Shown here piece after piece: positions 40,935 to 53,905 of a stretch of DNA of 64,000 nt (positions are counted from its first letter, which is position 1; every line of letters begins with the position of its first letter). Source of the stretch: Felis catus (taxonomy: Eukaryota). The notes under the pieces were generated by a model. The model searched no databases. It was not told where the DNA came from and worked only from the letters and a program-made list of their open reading frames with translations. The stretch is taken from contig NC_058369.1 in NCBI RefSeq assembly GCF_018350175.1, forward strand, positions 15,378,001-15,442,000, written 5' to 3'. A program made the position numbers and the translations under genes.

Positions 40935-41155
40935 GGGGCGCCTGGGTGGCTCAGTCGGTTAAACGGCCGACTTCCGCTCAGGTCATGATCTTGCGGTCTG
41001 TGAGTTCGAGCGCCGCGTCGGGGCTCTGTGCTGACAGCTCAGAGCCCGGAGCCTGTTTCAGATTCTGGGTCTCCCTCTCTCTGACCTTCCCCCGTTCATG
41101 CTCTGTCTCCCTGTCTCAAAAAAAAAAAAAAAAAAAAAAAAAAAAACGTTAAAAA
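40935..41155 (+). mobile_element. CAN-SINE with long poly-A
   Basis: TSD gaaataattta. Confidence 0.93.
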
Positions 41156-41446
41156 GGAAATAATTTAAACATTCTTCACACTAAGCTGCCTTCAGTAGTT
41201 ATTTCTTTCTTTTCCTTGTACTCATCTCTATTTTTTGTTAATTTTGATACGGGATTACCTCTTCAGGTGGTATATGAGGTTCATCGTGGGTTCCCATTTT
41301 CGATTTTTGGACACTCAGACCACTTATAATTATACAATATCGCTTTAAAAGTTGAACAGCTATGTTTGTGTCCACATGCAAAATCATTTCCTTACAACAC
41401 ATATCTAGACATAATGCTTGCTCCGAAGGGACATAAAATACCCCTT

Positions 41447-41597
41447 GAGAGAACGCAAGCGGGAGGGGGGCAGGGGATCGGAAGCGGGCCCTGTGCTGAC
41501 AGCCGCGAGCCCGACGTGGGGCTCGAACCCATAAACCGTGAGATGGTGACCTGAGCCGGAGCCGGATGCTCCACCGACTGAGCCACCCGGGCGCCCC
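41447..41597 (-). mobile_element. CAN-SINE lacking tail
   Basis: SINE head and body. Confidence 0.85.
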
Positions 41598-42579
41598 AAA
41601 CTACTAAGGCTTTTGAGACGCATTTTCAGATCAGCTTCCAAAAATTCTCTGGAGCGCTGGCAAAGCTGCTCGGACGAGAGCATCCGTCACGATTCCCGGT
41701 GTTTTGCAAGGACTTTGCAGCGCCTCTGTGGTAAACTCATCCCGCATGCTGGAACAGCCCCGCCTGGGCCCACTCCGTCCCCCGGAAATCCTGAGTGACA
41801 CCCTCGCTGAGCCTTGGCTGCCGCGAGGGTGAGCATCGGGGCCGCACGCCTTCCGTGGCCAGTGTGGGTGGTTAAGTCTTAGAGGGGCTCGGGCCCCCGG
41901 GCCTCGGCCTCAGCGTCAGAGGCCTAGTGTGGCCTGCGGGGACGGACTCAAGAGAGAGTGTGCGGCACAGGTCGGCCACCCTCTACACGGGCTTCCTCCG
42001 ATGAGGTTTCCCCGGGTTAGCAAAAAATTCACTTCCGAGTAGTTCCAGTTTGAAAACGAGACACATCTGTCAACATTTTGATTTTTTTTTTTTTTAACCC
42101 GTAAACGTTTTTCATGACTGCATTAATTGTCCACAGGCATGACTTTGGTAACTGTTCCAGTCACGCGTCTAACACTCCTTCCATCGTCCACTGTGGACAA
42201 TTCTGTGCGTAAATCTTTGTTCCCGCTTCAGAGGATGTCCTTGAAGCGGGAAGGTTAGGAATGTTTTTAAGACTCTTGATGTATGTCGCCAGATTATTTT
42301 CCTGAAAAGTTATCCCCGTTTCCACTCCACGCCTGTTTTTCAAGCATATGTTCTGTTTCACTGATTTAATTATTGGATTTTTCCATACGGTTTTAACATC
42401 TGGTGGGCTAGCCTCCCTTCATTCCTTTTTCATAATTTTTTTTAGCTCCTCTCACCTGTTTTTTCTTCTCAGTAGAACTCTGGTATAATTTTTTTTTAAT
42501 GTTTACTCATTAAACATTTTTAATTCATTAAACTATTTGAGTTTATTCATTAAACTCTTAATGTTTATTCATTAAAGTC

Positions 42580-42770
42580 TTTATTTGAGAAAGAGAGAGA
42601 CAGAGCACTAGTGGGGTAGGGACAGAGAGAGGGAGACACAGAACCCGAGGCGGGCTCCAGGCTCTGACCTGTCAGCACGGAGCCCGACACAGGGCTCAAA
42701 CCCACAAACCATGAGATCATGACCTGAGCTGAAGTTGGACGCTTAACTGACTGAGCCACCCAGGTGCCCC
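42580..42770 (-). mobile_element. CAN-SINE
   Basis: SINE body. Confidence 0.9.
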
Positions 42771-42902
42771 TGATTTTATTATTAAAATGCTTGGATCTTG
42801 ATTGAAATTTGGCTAAACCTAGAATTAATTTGGGAAGGTCTCCCATTTTTACCCCTTCCAGACTTCCATCTGGTCTGTCCCTCCCCTCCCCCGTTTTCTT
42901 TA

Positions 42903-43004
42903 ACTTTTATTTTTAAGTAATGTCTCCACCCAACATGGGGCTCAAGCTCACAACCCTGAGATCAAGAGTCACATGCTCTACCGACTGAGCCAGCCAGGCA
43001 CCCC
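42903..43004 (-). mobile_element. Short CAN-SINE, close to tRNA-Lys(CTT)
   Basis: Reverse strand reads gctcagtcggtagagcatgtgactcttgatctcagggttgtg. Confidence 0.85.
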
Positions 43005-43085
43005 TGCCCTTGTCTGGCCCTTTATTCTAGATTTCCTTTGTGCTGAGTCAAGTTTTGTAGTTTTTTTCATGTAACTCCTATGCAT

Positions 43086-43294
43086 TTTTTTTTTAATGTT
43101 CATTTTTGAGAGAGCAGGAGAGGGGCAGAGAGAGGGTGGGGGGCGGGGTGGGGGGGAGGACAGAGGATCTGAAGTGAGCTATGCGCTGACAGCAGAGAGC
43201 CTGATGTAGGGGATGTGGGGCTTGAACTCACCAACCATGAGATCATCACCTGAGCTGAAGTCAGACGTTTAACCAACTGAGCCACCCAGGTGCC
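43086..43294 (-). mobile_element. CAN-SINE
   Basis: Flanking atgcattt repeat. Confidence 0.88.
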
Positions 43295-43685
43295 CAGTCC
43301 CATGCATTTCTTAAGATTATTCTCAAGTGGGTTTTTTGTTGTCGTCGTTCTCGTATTTTGTCTACGCTCTCGTGACTGGAATATTTTTTCTTTTACAATT
43401 TTTGACTGGTAATGGCTGGCATGTAATTTTTTAACATTTATTTGCGTACTTATTCTCTGACCCAGATTCCCTTCCAATTTCTCATACGTTGTGTAAGGGC
43501 TAAAATCCTCTTAGATTTTTTAGGATGCTGTGATCAGCAAATAAGGATAAGCATTGTCTTCCTTTCTAACGGTTAGAAAGGTCTCCGTGTGTGTGTACGT
43601 ACTGCTTAGAAAACCCTCCAGGTCGTTCAAGAATGCTGGTGCCAGACAGCCCTGTCTCACTTCCAGAAGGAAAGGGAACTAATGC

Positions 43686-43897
43686 GGGGCGCCTGGGTGG
43701 CTCAATCAGCTAAACATCCGACTTCGACTCAGGTCATGATCTCACGGTCTGTGAGTTTGAGCCCCGCATCGGGTTCTGTGCCGACAGCTCAGAGCCTGGA
43801 GCCTGCTTGTGATGCTGTGCCTCCCTCTCCCTCTCTGCCCCTAACCCACTCGCATTCTGTCTCTGTCTCTCAAAAATAAATAAACATTAAAAAAAAA
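43686..43897 (+). mobile_element. CAN-SINE
   Basis: Head, (CT)n, A tail. Confidence 0.9.
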
Positions 43898-45199
43898 AAT
43901 TTTTTTTTTTTTTAAGCAAGGAAACTCACGCTTCCCTGTTGGGCTTGATGTTGGCTGTGGGTTGAGGCTAGATATTCCCTATAATGTTAAGGAAACAGCT
44001 TTCCATCCTTGTTTTCCAGAACTGATATTAGGAGTGGGAGCTGTATTTTACTTAACATCCATTCTTCCAGCGTTAAGGTGTTTGTATCATTTGCTTTTAA
44101 CTTCCCCCCTCTGCCCCGTTGATATGACTTAGGTCCAGTTAATCGATTGCCTAATATTAAACTCTCCTGGGATGGATTTCTCTTGACCGTGGTGTTGCGG
44201 ACTTGTAATGTACCGTTAAATGCTATCTGCTAGAGTTTCATTTAGAAATTGGCCGTTATTCTCCTGAGGAAGACCAGCCTTTCTCAGTAGGCGTGGTCAG
44301 GTTTAGAAATGAGGGTTTCACCGACTTCACCCGATGAATTGTGTTGGTTTCCTTCTGTGTTTTGCCTTGTCTTAGACTATAAAGGATGAGTCGTTTGCCC
44401 GTTCTTTGCGGAATAGACAGAGTGCCCCAAAGGGAGTTTGGTACAGGCCCTGCTACGCTGTTGCCGTATTATGCAGCCTTTTCTTATCTCCTGGGGAAGG
44501 AAACCTGGCTCTTTCATTTAGCATTGGCGGCCACATTACGTTTTTTAAATGGCGTGCTGTTCACTCTTTCCTAGTCTTCCTTTGCTCTAAAGCAAACCAG
44601 TCTAACTTGCAATAAACTCCCTCTTATCCTGGAATATACATGTCTCTTTTATCTTCTTTGTCCCGCATTCTCTGTTTTCCTCCCTCATTTCATTTCTCCC
44701 ACAAAAGAGTAAAGTCAGTGGGATTTGCTGAAACCCCCTCCTTGGCTGCCCCTTCAGTTGCATTGCAGGGTGGTGGGGGAGGGGGCAGGCCGGATCTACT
44801 CTCCCCAGGGCCCCCTCCCTACCCGGCAGGTCTTAGGATATGAGTTTGCACTGTGGGCGTGGCCCTGCCAGTCTGTCCTTCAGCTATGCGACAGGATCCT
44901 CAGCAGACCTATGCTAAAGTATTAGGATAGAAAGGCCTGTTCTAGACCTTGCTCCATGATTCTCCCTACACAGCACACATGGCTTTTGTGAGCTGTGTTG
45001 CTTTTGTGAGCTGTGTTACAAGTACGTATAGCTTGAATCTTAGTTTTGCTACAGTGTTTCATTCGGTCGGTTTATAGAGCATGTATTATGCGCCAAGCTC
45101 TGTTCTGGGCCATCTGTGGGAGAGCTGGCGAGGGCCTTCTAGTTAAGGTCTTCCCTCAAGCTTTACAAATTCATGGCAACTAATTGTGTTTTTGTTTTT

Positions 45200-45405
45200 G
45201 TTTTTAATGTCTGTTAATTTATTTCGAGGGAGAGAGCGTGTGTGTGCACACAAGAGCAGGAGAAAGAGAGAGAGAGAGACTCCCAACTGGGCCCCGTGCT
45301 GTCAGCACAGAGCTCCGCGCGGGGCTCAAACCCACGAACCGTGAGATCATGACCGGAGCCGAAATCAAGAGTCAGACTCAACCGACTAAGCCACCCAGGT
45401 GCCCC
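45200..45405 (-). mobile_element. CAN-SINE (older)
   Basis: SINE body. Confidence 0.88.
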
Positions 45406-45707
45406 CTAATTTTGTTTTTTTTTTTTAATTCAAAGAAGTAATGGGAAGCCTTTGTCTCCGGGCTCTCCCCCTGTGTGTGTGTGGCCCCCTCTGAATGAGC
45501 AGCAGGGGCCATAACGTAGTCAAGTGAGGAGTCCCCACACCTGGTGTGGCAGTCTGGTCATTGACTCACAGGCAAGGGTCAGGTGCCCTCAGGAGAGAAT
45601 GGAGATGTGACCCCTCCCCGGCCCTCCCAGAACTTAAGAGGGCCAGCGTCTCCAGGTGTGGGAAGTCCTTTGCAGACAGAAGCCCTGTGTCGCGAGGAGC
45701 TTCATTA

Positions 45708-45926
45708 TTTTTTTTTTTTAATTTTTTTCAACGTTTTTATTTATTTTTGGGACAGAGAGAGACAGAGCATGAACGGGGGAGGGGCAGAGAGAGAGGGAGA
45801 TACAGAATCGGAAGCAGGCTCCGAGCCATCAGCCCAGAGCCTGACGCGGGGCTCGAACTCACAGACCACGAGATCGTGACCTGGCTGAAGTCGGACGCTT
45901 AACCGACTGCGCCACCCAGGCGCCCC
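45708..45926 (-). mobile_element. Young feline CAN-SINE with 18-bp TSD
   Basis: gcgaggagcttcattatt at 45692 and 45928. Confidence 0.95.
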
Positions 45927-46659
45927 AGCGAGGAGCTTCATTATTGTCATCTCACACCGCCGGTCATTCTTGAGCCAAGGCTTTGCACGGTTTTCACACA
46001 CACACGTGCCTGTTCTAGAAAACTCAGCTTTCACGTTGGCTTCAGGTTTCATTCCCGCATCTTTGGAAGGTAACTCAGAATGGCTATAAAAGGGAACGCG
46101 GCGAGGGGCGGGATGGTCAGAAATGGCCATTTCCCAGAGTTCCCGAGAGAAGCAGATTTTCACAGGACAGGTTCTCTCCCAGAGAGCAGCAGAATTGAGG
46201 CCGGCGCCCTAGGGGACGTCCGGAGCCCTGTGGGCTAAATGGCCGCCATCGCTGTGGATAAAAAGGAAACATTTCAGAGGAGCTTGAATAGTCCCCTACC
46301 AGTCCCTTCGAGAGCCAGTGAAGACCTTCAGTAGGAAACAGAACCAATGTCTTGGCAGTGGGCGAAAGCTGTAACAGGATGAGGAAATCTTTTTTCCTTC
46401 CTGAAGTTTTGGATCTAAGAAGCTCAAGACACCACGTCTGAATTTACACAGTTCTCTTTTGTGCACCATAATAGGGTATGGTCCTAATCCAGAGAAGGGG
46501 TGGTGGCTGCTCGCTTAGGGCAATTTTGTGTATTTGGAGTCACTGATACTGTTTCCAGACGAAGGACACAAGGTTTCCTTTGGTGGTGGACAGTAAAAAG
46601 GCAGAAAGTCACCCACCAGGGAGCTTCTTGGTGGTACTGCGGTTGGAGATCTAATTTCA

Positions 46660-46885
46660 TCATCCTGAAAAATGACTTTTCTAACCGCCAACAGCGTGGA
46701 TGGATCCCAAGGGGATTATGCTGGGTGAAAAAAGTCAGTCTCAAAAGGTTATATATACTCTGAGTCCATTTATACATAACGTTCTCAAAATAACTAATTT
46801 ATAGAGAGAGAAAACACAGTAGTGGTTGCCAGGGGGTTTAGGGACTGGGCAGAGGGGGTGGTGGCCATGAAAAGGGGAACACAAG
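46660..46885 (+). mobile_element. L1MB/MC-type 3' fragment
   Basis: tggatggatc...attatgctgggtgaaaaaagtcagtctcaaaagg...tagtggttgccagggg. Confidence 0.75.
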
Positions 46886-46990
46886 GGGGCACCTGGGTGG
46901 CTCAGTCGGTTGAGGTCAGGTCGCGATCTCACGGTTCATGAGTTCAAGCCCCACATGGGCTCTTTGCTGACAGTGCAGAGCCCGCTTGGG

Positions 46991-47036
<46 letters not shown>

Positions 47037-47097
47037 GGCCCCTCCTCCACTCATGCTCTCTCTCAAAATAAATCAATAAGCTTCAAAAAAAAAAAAA
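46886..47097 (+). mobile_element. CAN-SINE
   Basis: Head, long (CT)n, A tail. Confidence 0.88.
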
Positions 47098-49452
47098 GAA
47101 TTTAATCTGACACTAGAACTCCATGCATGTAGTCCGTGAAATGTGTATCTGTTTCTATGCAGATGTTGGCATTCTGTATCGACACTTACGGGCGGGCGTA
47201 CCCGTTCTGTTGTTTACCAGCCACATTGTGTCCCGCCCTACGAAGGCTCTGTAAGTCATCTGGGTGGTTTTTCTTTTGCTATTTTTTTGTGCTGCTTTGG
47301 GGTCAGCCCCCTGTCCAAACTACGAGTTATTTAAAATGTGGCGGTAAGCTCTCTCTCTCTGTTCTTCTGGCCACTTTTGTGGTTGCACAGGGAGGTTTCT
47401 GTCTGGACTCCTGCCTCAGGCTTTACCTTGTGGGGGCTTCAGGTCTTTCATCAGCACCTTAATTGTGAGGTCACAGCAAGGTGACCCTGTGCCCCCCGCT
47501 TAGGCGTTCCGAAGTGACTCGCAACCCTCAAAGCCCCAGGCTGCCGCCACGGATCCATTTTTCCTCGTAAAAGTGGCTGTAAAATAGTGTAGTGTAGCAT
47601 TTTGCCACACGTGTGTGTTATGTTCCTCAATTTCAACAAAATTACAAACGTACAAATCGTGTGTGTGTGTGTGTCCATTGTAAAGGAGAGTAAGTTCTCA
47701 CTGATGGTCTGAGGGCATTTTACGTACGAATACGCATGTGCGTGTCAGCGTCGTTATTTCAAAAGAAAGTCATCAGGACCCCTTCTGTGGGCAAAAGCCA
47801 AAATCTAGCGGCATCACATCCTGTCCATTTCCTTGGAATCGCCAGGGCTGGATGAGGCTCGGGGGGGGGGGGGGGATCAGAGGCCATGGAGTCCCCAAGC
47901 CCACCCTTACGTGTGTGTGAGAGCGCGGGGCCGGGGTGGCAGCCGGCCTGGTGACGGCCAGCAAGAGAGGCCGCCGGCCACAGACACCCTGACCGCCCCA
48001 GCACTCGCTCCCGGCTGCCACGGCGGCGTGGCCACCTTGCCAGTGCTCCGCGCACGAGAGGAGGCTCAGTTCAGCTGTTTCGGCACCTTGCCTAGAAGGT
48101 CAGTGACAACAGCTCTCCTAGAGGAGGGGTCGGAAGGGGGTGGGCCATAGGCAACAGCCGCCCCCGCATGGTAGCCTTGTGTTCCACGGCCTTGACACTT
48201 CCCAAAGTGTTCAGACTTTGTCCAGGTGCTAAACCCAGAGGCCAGCTCTCGACCCGGACTGTGTCATGTAAAGAAACCATTGTTTTTGCTATGCAAATGT
48301 TGGGTATTTTTACCTCCCTAAAGAGTAGAGAGGCAAAAACAGGGCCTAGAACCAGCCGGGAGTTTCTGTTCCTCCCCGCTGAGCAGGATGGCCCCACCCC
48401 TGTCTATAGGGAAACCCTGGCAGGGACCCAGGCTGCTATAAATAAGCATCCTGATCGCTCCAGGAAGGCCGGGCTTCCTCATTTTTTTTTTTTATTGTGG
48501 AATTTGTAACAGCTTCTGCCCAGAACATTTGTGTCCGAGGCCCTTTCATCTCCCAGGCATCCTGTACAATTACCATGCGGAGGGTCTGGAATCCGTCCCG
48601 CTGCAGCTGGGTCACAGGACAAGGCAGACTGGGCCAGCCTGCTAAAATAAAGACGTGATTATCTCCCTCCTGTGACCTCTGTCTTGTATTTAGATAGGAG
48701 TCATAATAGCACCCCTTCTGAGGAACAAGCAGGAAGCTCCTTTCGGCTTCGGCCAAAACGCACATCTGTCAGGAATGGAGTAGGTCCATTGGCAAGTGCT
48801 GGAACCCCGGGGCACAGGGGCCAGCCGGGCCCCAGGAATACATCTTTGATGCCGCTCGATTCTCAGACTCTGGCAGGCGTTCACTTCCCTCAGACCGACT
48901 GGCCGCACGGGGTTACAGCGAGAGTGCCAGAGAGTAAAACATACAATAAGCAACACATAAGTGCGCGATACCAGCACAAGAATCACGACAGAGGTGCCCG
49001 GAGTAGAATGGGTTAGCGCCGCTCCAGAGTGCGCCGTGGACCCGGGGCCGGTCTGGGAACCGGCTGTGACAACCCACGAGGAGATAAGCAGCCTGAGCTT
49101 ACAAGGTGGATCACCTCTGCCTCTACGCACACGTCGGGGGGTAGGCCGACCAGTTTCTTTGAGGAGCACGACCCTCTCGAGGAAGCCGCACGTTGGTCCA
49201 CGCTCTGGCCGAGCTCTACCGAATCGCGGACGGCCACTTTGAGGAGCTACTTGTAAGAGCGATGGAGAATCCAGAAACCATCCCGACTACAGGGTATTGG
49301 AAAAGAAAAATCACAAACCGATAGGGAAGGGGAGGTTGACTCTGCCAACCAGGTTTGGAAACTTGACCGTGTAATGTTCTTTCACGTCACCCACAAAAGG
49401 CACAGCTGATTCAACGGGGAACACAGAGAAACCCTACAAAGAAACCAGAAGA

Positions 49453-49660
49453 GGGGCACCTGGGGGGTTCAGCCAGTTAAGCGTCTGACTCCTGGTTTTG
49501 GCTCGGGTCACGGTCTCACAATTTCGCGAGTTCGAGCCCCGCGTCCGGCTCTGTGCTGGCAGTGCTGTGACTGCTTGGGATCCTCTCTCTCTCTGCCCCT
49601 CCCCCACTTGTGCTGTCTGTGTCTCTCTCAAATAAGTAATAAATTTTAAAAGGTAAAAAA
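49453..49660 (+). mobile_element. CAN-SINE (older)
   Basis: SINE body. Confidence 0.88.
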
Positions 49661-49671
49661 ATAAAAAGACA

Positions 49672-49905
49672 GGGGCGCCTGGGTGGCGCAGTTGGTTAAG
49701 CGTCCGACTTCAGCCAGGTCACGATCTCGCGGTCCGTGAGTTCGAGCCCCGCGTCGGGCTCTGGGCTGATGGCTCAGAGCCTGGAGCCTGTTTCCGATTC
49801 TGTGTCTCCCTCTCTCTCTGCCCCTCCCCCGTTCATGCTCTGTCTCTCTCGGTCCCAAAAATAAATAAACGTTGAAAAAAAAAATTAAAAAAAAAAAATA
49901 AAAAG
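49672..49905 (+). mobile_element. Young feline CAN-SINE nested in the previous tail
   Basis: TSD aaaaaataaaaagaca. Confidence 0.94.
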
Positions 49906-50047
49906 ACAAAAAAAATTAGAAAAAAACAGAAGAAAAATCTTGAACTGATCTCACAGTGTGGGAAACCTTGATTTCAAAATACCCTTTCAAATTACTGAAG
50001 TATTCAATGTTTTTGGTAGAGAATCTGTTAACACATTAAAAGAAAGA

Positions 50048-50270
50048 GGGCCCCTGGGGATCTCAGTCGGTTAAGCATCCGACTTCCGCTCAGGTCATGA
50101 TCCCGTGGTTCCTGAGTTCGAGCCCCGCATCAGGCTCTGTGCTGACATTTCGGAGCCTGGAGCCTGCTTCGGTTTCTGTGTCTCCCTCTCTCTCTCTCTC
50201 TGCCCCTCCCCCACTCACGCTCTGTCTCTGTCTCTCAAAAAATAAACAAATGTTAAGGAAAAATTTTTCA
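50048..50270 (+). mobile_element. CAN-SINE
   Basis: SINE body. Confidence 0.9.
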
Positions 50271-50431
50271 AGAAAGAAAGATCACCTGTGCTCCCACCTC
50301 CCAGATACAGTCACTGCTGGTATTGTGTTCCATTCCCTGTGACCTTTTGTCCGTTCATATAAACATTTACTAAAACTGGAGTCGTGTTATGTGTGCTATT
50401 GTATACCATCCTTTCCCATGAAATTAATCAC

Positions 50432-50646
50432 TTTTATTTATTCTTTAAATGTTTATTTACTTTTGAGAGCGAGAGAGAAGGAGCACACACATGTGCAGGG
50501 AGGGGCAGAGACAGAGGGAGGGCAGGAGATCTTAAGGGGGCTCTGAGCTGTCAGCACAGAGCCCGACGCAGGCCTCAAACTCACAAGCCGTGAGACCATG
50601 ACCTGAGCTGAAGTCGGACGCTTAACGGACTGAGCCACCTAGGCTC
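50432..50646 (-). mobile_element. CAN-SINE
   Basis: SINE body. Confidence 0.88.
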
Positions 50647-50689
50647 TCTAATTAATTATGATTTTATTTTTTTTATTTAAAAAAAAAAA

Positions 50690-50900
50690 TTTTTTTTAAC
50701 GTTTATTTATTTTTGAGAGAGAGAAAGACAGAGCATGAACAGGGGAGGATCAGAGAAAGAGGGAGACACGGAATCCGAAACAGGCCCCAGGCTCCGAGCT
50801 GTCAGCACAGAGCCCGACGCGGGGCTCGAACTCACGGACCACGAGATCGTGACCTGAGCCGAAGTCGGCCGCTTAACCGACTGAGCCACCCAGGCGCCCC
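50690..50900 (-). mobile_element. CAN-SINE with TSD tctaattaattatgatttta
   Basis: TSD near 50647 and at 50901. Confidence 0.93.
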
Positions 50901-52219
50901 TCTAATTAATTATGATTTTAAAGGAGTGAAGCAAAAGGAATACAGAACTCCATATACAGCATGATCCTGACAGTAGTGGGTTGTTTTGGTGGGGTTGGTT
51001 TATATATATCCTAGCCATTAAATACATTACTGTCTTCCCAAACAAGAAGCTTAAAAAATGCTGTCCAGATGAACATGATTTTCTTCTTTATAGTCTGACC
51101 TTTTCTGCCAGGAGCGGGCATTACTTGTGCCATCGGGGAAAATAAAACGTCGTCGGTCCCAACACAGCGTCCCTGGCGCACTGGTGTTGGTGGGATTCAT
51201 TCCCTCTGCGTCGGAGCTGGCTTCAGACCATTCGCTGAGGCATGGGCTCCTCCCTCAAACGCATCTTCTGGGCTCAAGGCTAATGACGAGGAGGAGGTGT
51301 GCAAGGGCCACCCCCCGGAAAAGCCAATCACAGCGTGAGGAATGCCGCCACGTTCACGGCCATCCCCCGTCCAGGGCCCGCCTCCAGGAGGACGAGGAGG
51401 CTGTCAGGGTGCGGCCGCACTGGTAGTGCCCAGGGATCTGCTGTCTGACGCGTGTCTTTCCTGCACGTTTGGGGGCCTCTCTTGTGCTCATGAGATCGGC
51501 AGCGACTTTGCAGGCCAAGCCTTTCCTGCTCAGAAGCCCCCGGCTGAAGTCCCCGGGCAGCCCTGCAGGTGTGGAGCCCGCCTGTGCCTGCTTTGGGGCC
51601 GCAGCACGACGCGCTCTGGGACGCAGACTTGTGGGCTTTGATTCCTCACCGCCTCCTCGGGTTCCACCCACCCGAGCCAAGGCCAGCTCTTTCCAGTTCA
51701 GCCCTTGGCAGGAGCCCCTCTCGAGAAGAGGTCGAGTGTGAAGGCTGAGATCCCTCTGAGAAGGTCGAGAAGGAACGCCGTGCTGTTCTCAGCATGTGGG
51801 CTCCAGTGATGATGAGTAAAAGGACCCGGCGGGAGGTCCTCGCGGACCACAAGTAATCACAGGCGGAAAAGGAAGCGAGCACAGCTCATTATTTTGGGAT
51901 CCGCTCTCAGGAGCACAAAGGCATCCCTTCATCAACAGAACCGCAGAGACCAGATCAGTGGCCTTGTTGTTCCCAAAATGCACACTTTAGAACCACGTGT
52001 CCACCCATCTTTACAGCTCTGGGCGCTGTTGAAAATAGTTGGGGGGGCTACCCATAAACCCAGGCCAGAGTAAGTGGGGGGGCACCTGGCAGGCTGTGAA
52101 AAAGCCATAGTGCGGCCTCAGGCAGCTCCACGCCGGGCTGTGCCGGGGCGAAAGCGACTCCCCCTGCCCCCCCCATGAGCCCTGCGTGTTCAGTGACCCT
52201 CTGTGCCTTGGCATTGCAG

Positions 52220-52347
52220 GCCTGCAACAGGTCCCCGGGAAGCTGTGTGCCCACTATGCCTGGGACACCGGCGTGCTGCTTCAGGCGTGGCCGACCGTGG
52301 ACCCGCAGTTCCTTCAGCAGCCCGACGTCGTGGAGATGGCCGTCCTG
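52220..52347 (+). CDS. LARS2: Coding exon (about exon 21), 128 nt
   Basis: ttgcag| ... CTG|gtgagt; [42 protein letters not shown]. Confidence 0.95.
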
Positions 52348-52748
52348 GTGAGTCTGTCCCGCAGCCCCAGAGTCTGGGAGTCTCCCGGCCCCGCGCGAGA
52401 CCCACAGCCACTGCCTGGGCCTTTCCAGCCTACCCCGCCCTCAGCCTGACCGTCCCACCCGTCTTTGCTTTGCACACTTCAGTTTTGAGGTCACCGCATA
52501 CCAAAAGCTTGTGAGCATAAGATACTCAGGGCCCTCCAGGGATTAGAAAGTGGAAAATAGAACCCTGTCCTGCGTTACAGGTTCTGATCGTCTTGTTCTC
52601 CAGCCGTGTTCCAGTCTCCCCTTCCGTCTGTTTCGTTCAGCTGCTCTTGGTTCATTTAGGGAGGAGGGTGAGAGTGAGGAGGTGGGCAGAACAGGAGCAC
52701 CTCACTGAAAAATCTCTTTCAGAAAGGCTACATCAAATTTCTTTTGCG

Positions 52749-52876
52749 GGGGGGACACCTCGGTGACTCAGTCAGTGGAGCTTCCAACTCTGGATCTCAG
52801 GGTCGCGGGTTTGAGCCCCGCATTGGGCTCCGTGCTGGGCATAGAGCCTACTTAAAAAAAAAAAAAAAAAAAAAAA
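52749..52876 (+). mobile_element. Short CAN-SINE
   Basis: tRNA-like head, cctacttaaaa, poly-A. Confidence 0.83.
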
Positions 52877-53164
52877 GAATTTTTTTTTGGTAAATTGCAT
52901 CATTGTAGGTACATAAAAGACATTTTTTATTTCAACCTTTTATAGAGCAGGTAACTCTAATAGTTTATCTTTTATATGATTGTTACATATGTAAGCTGAT
53001 GTGGCTGAACTGGGGGACCTCTTAGCACACACGTCTCTGAACCACGTATGGGGCCAGGTCATTCACATCCAAAATCAAAGTAAACTCTTCTCACTCAGTG
53101 AAGTAGGTGTTTCCATTCTCAGTGCTTGCAGTGGAGAAATCAGAGAAGTTGGTCGCCTTGTCCG

Positions 53165-53400
53165 GGTTTATTGATTCATCAGTAGTTCTCAAGTTACCAT
53201 CAGGCACAGTGCTAGGCTCTGGGGATACAAATCAAACAGGACACACAGGGTCCCTAATACCTACAGAGCTGTAAGCCGAGTGGGAGAGACAGGAAAGAGA
53301 GAGAAAAAGGAAAGAAAAATATTACTGCAAATTGTGAAAAAGGCCATGAAGACATCACCCAGGGGCTGAGGGAGAGCACAGCCTCCCAGGGCCCCGGTCT
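53165..53400 (-). mobile_element. L2 fragment
   Basis: attgattcatc...caggcacagtgctaggctctggggataca...gtccct. Confidence 0.65.
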
Positions 53401-53701
53401 GCCAGGCAGGTGCAAACCCTGCCCTTCTGTGTCTGTGCAAACCCTGGGCCCAGCAGGGGGGTGGACGTGTGGAGAAACGGCTTCATGCGGGAGGCTCAGC
53501 CCCTCAGAAGCCACTCTGTCTCCACGCCACCTCCCCTGATGCTTGGTTCCACGCTGACCCCGCTTTGCCTCCCCCACGGAGAGGAGGACATGGGCATGGC
53601 CTGGAGGGCTTCTTCCAAAACTCTCAAAGTCAAAAACAGCTCTGTGGCACAGAGAAGCCGTTTCTTCTTTACTTTAAGTAATGTCTGTAAGAAAGATCTC
53701 A

Positions 53702-53905
53702 GGGCGCCTGGGTGGCTCAGTCAGTTAAGCGTCCAACTTCGGCTCAGGTCATGATCTCGCGGTCGCGTCGGGCTCTGTGCTGACAGATCAGGGCCTGGAG
53801 CCTGCTTCGGATTCTGTGTCTCCCCCTCTCTCTGCCCCTCCCCCACTTATGCTCTCTCTTTCTCTCTCGAAAATAAATAAACATTAAAAAAAATTTTTTT
53901 TAAAT
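53702..53905 (+). mobile_element. CAN-SINE with B-box region deleted
   Basis: TSD taagaaagatctc. Confidence 0.9.

Larger units (their letters stand above)
42100..44600 (-). mobile_element. Ancient L1M fragments interrupted by four SINEs
   Basis: Degenerate antisense ORF2 motifs (ttgattgaaatt...aattaatttggga; gatgttggctgtgggtt; tgctagagtttcatttagaa). Confidence 0.55.

Noticed and set aside
42903..43004. tRNA-Lys(CTT) gene (also 17503, 20220, 35128, 52749)
   Set aside because: SINE GGGG 5' extension, A-rich tail and mutated T-arm/B-box or stems; these are short CAN-SINEs
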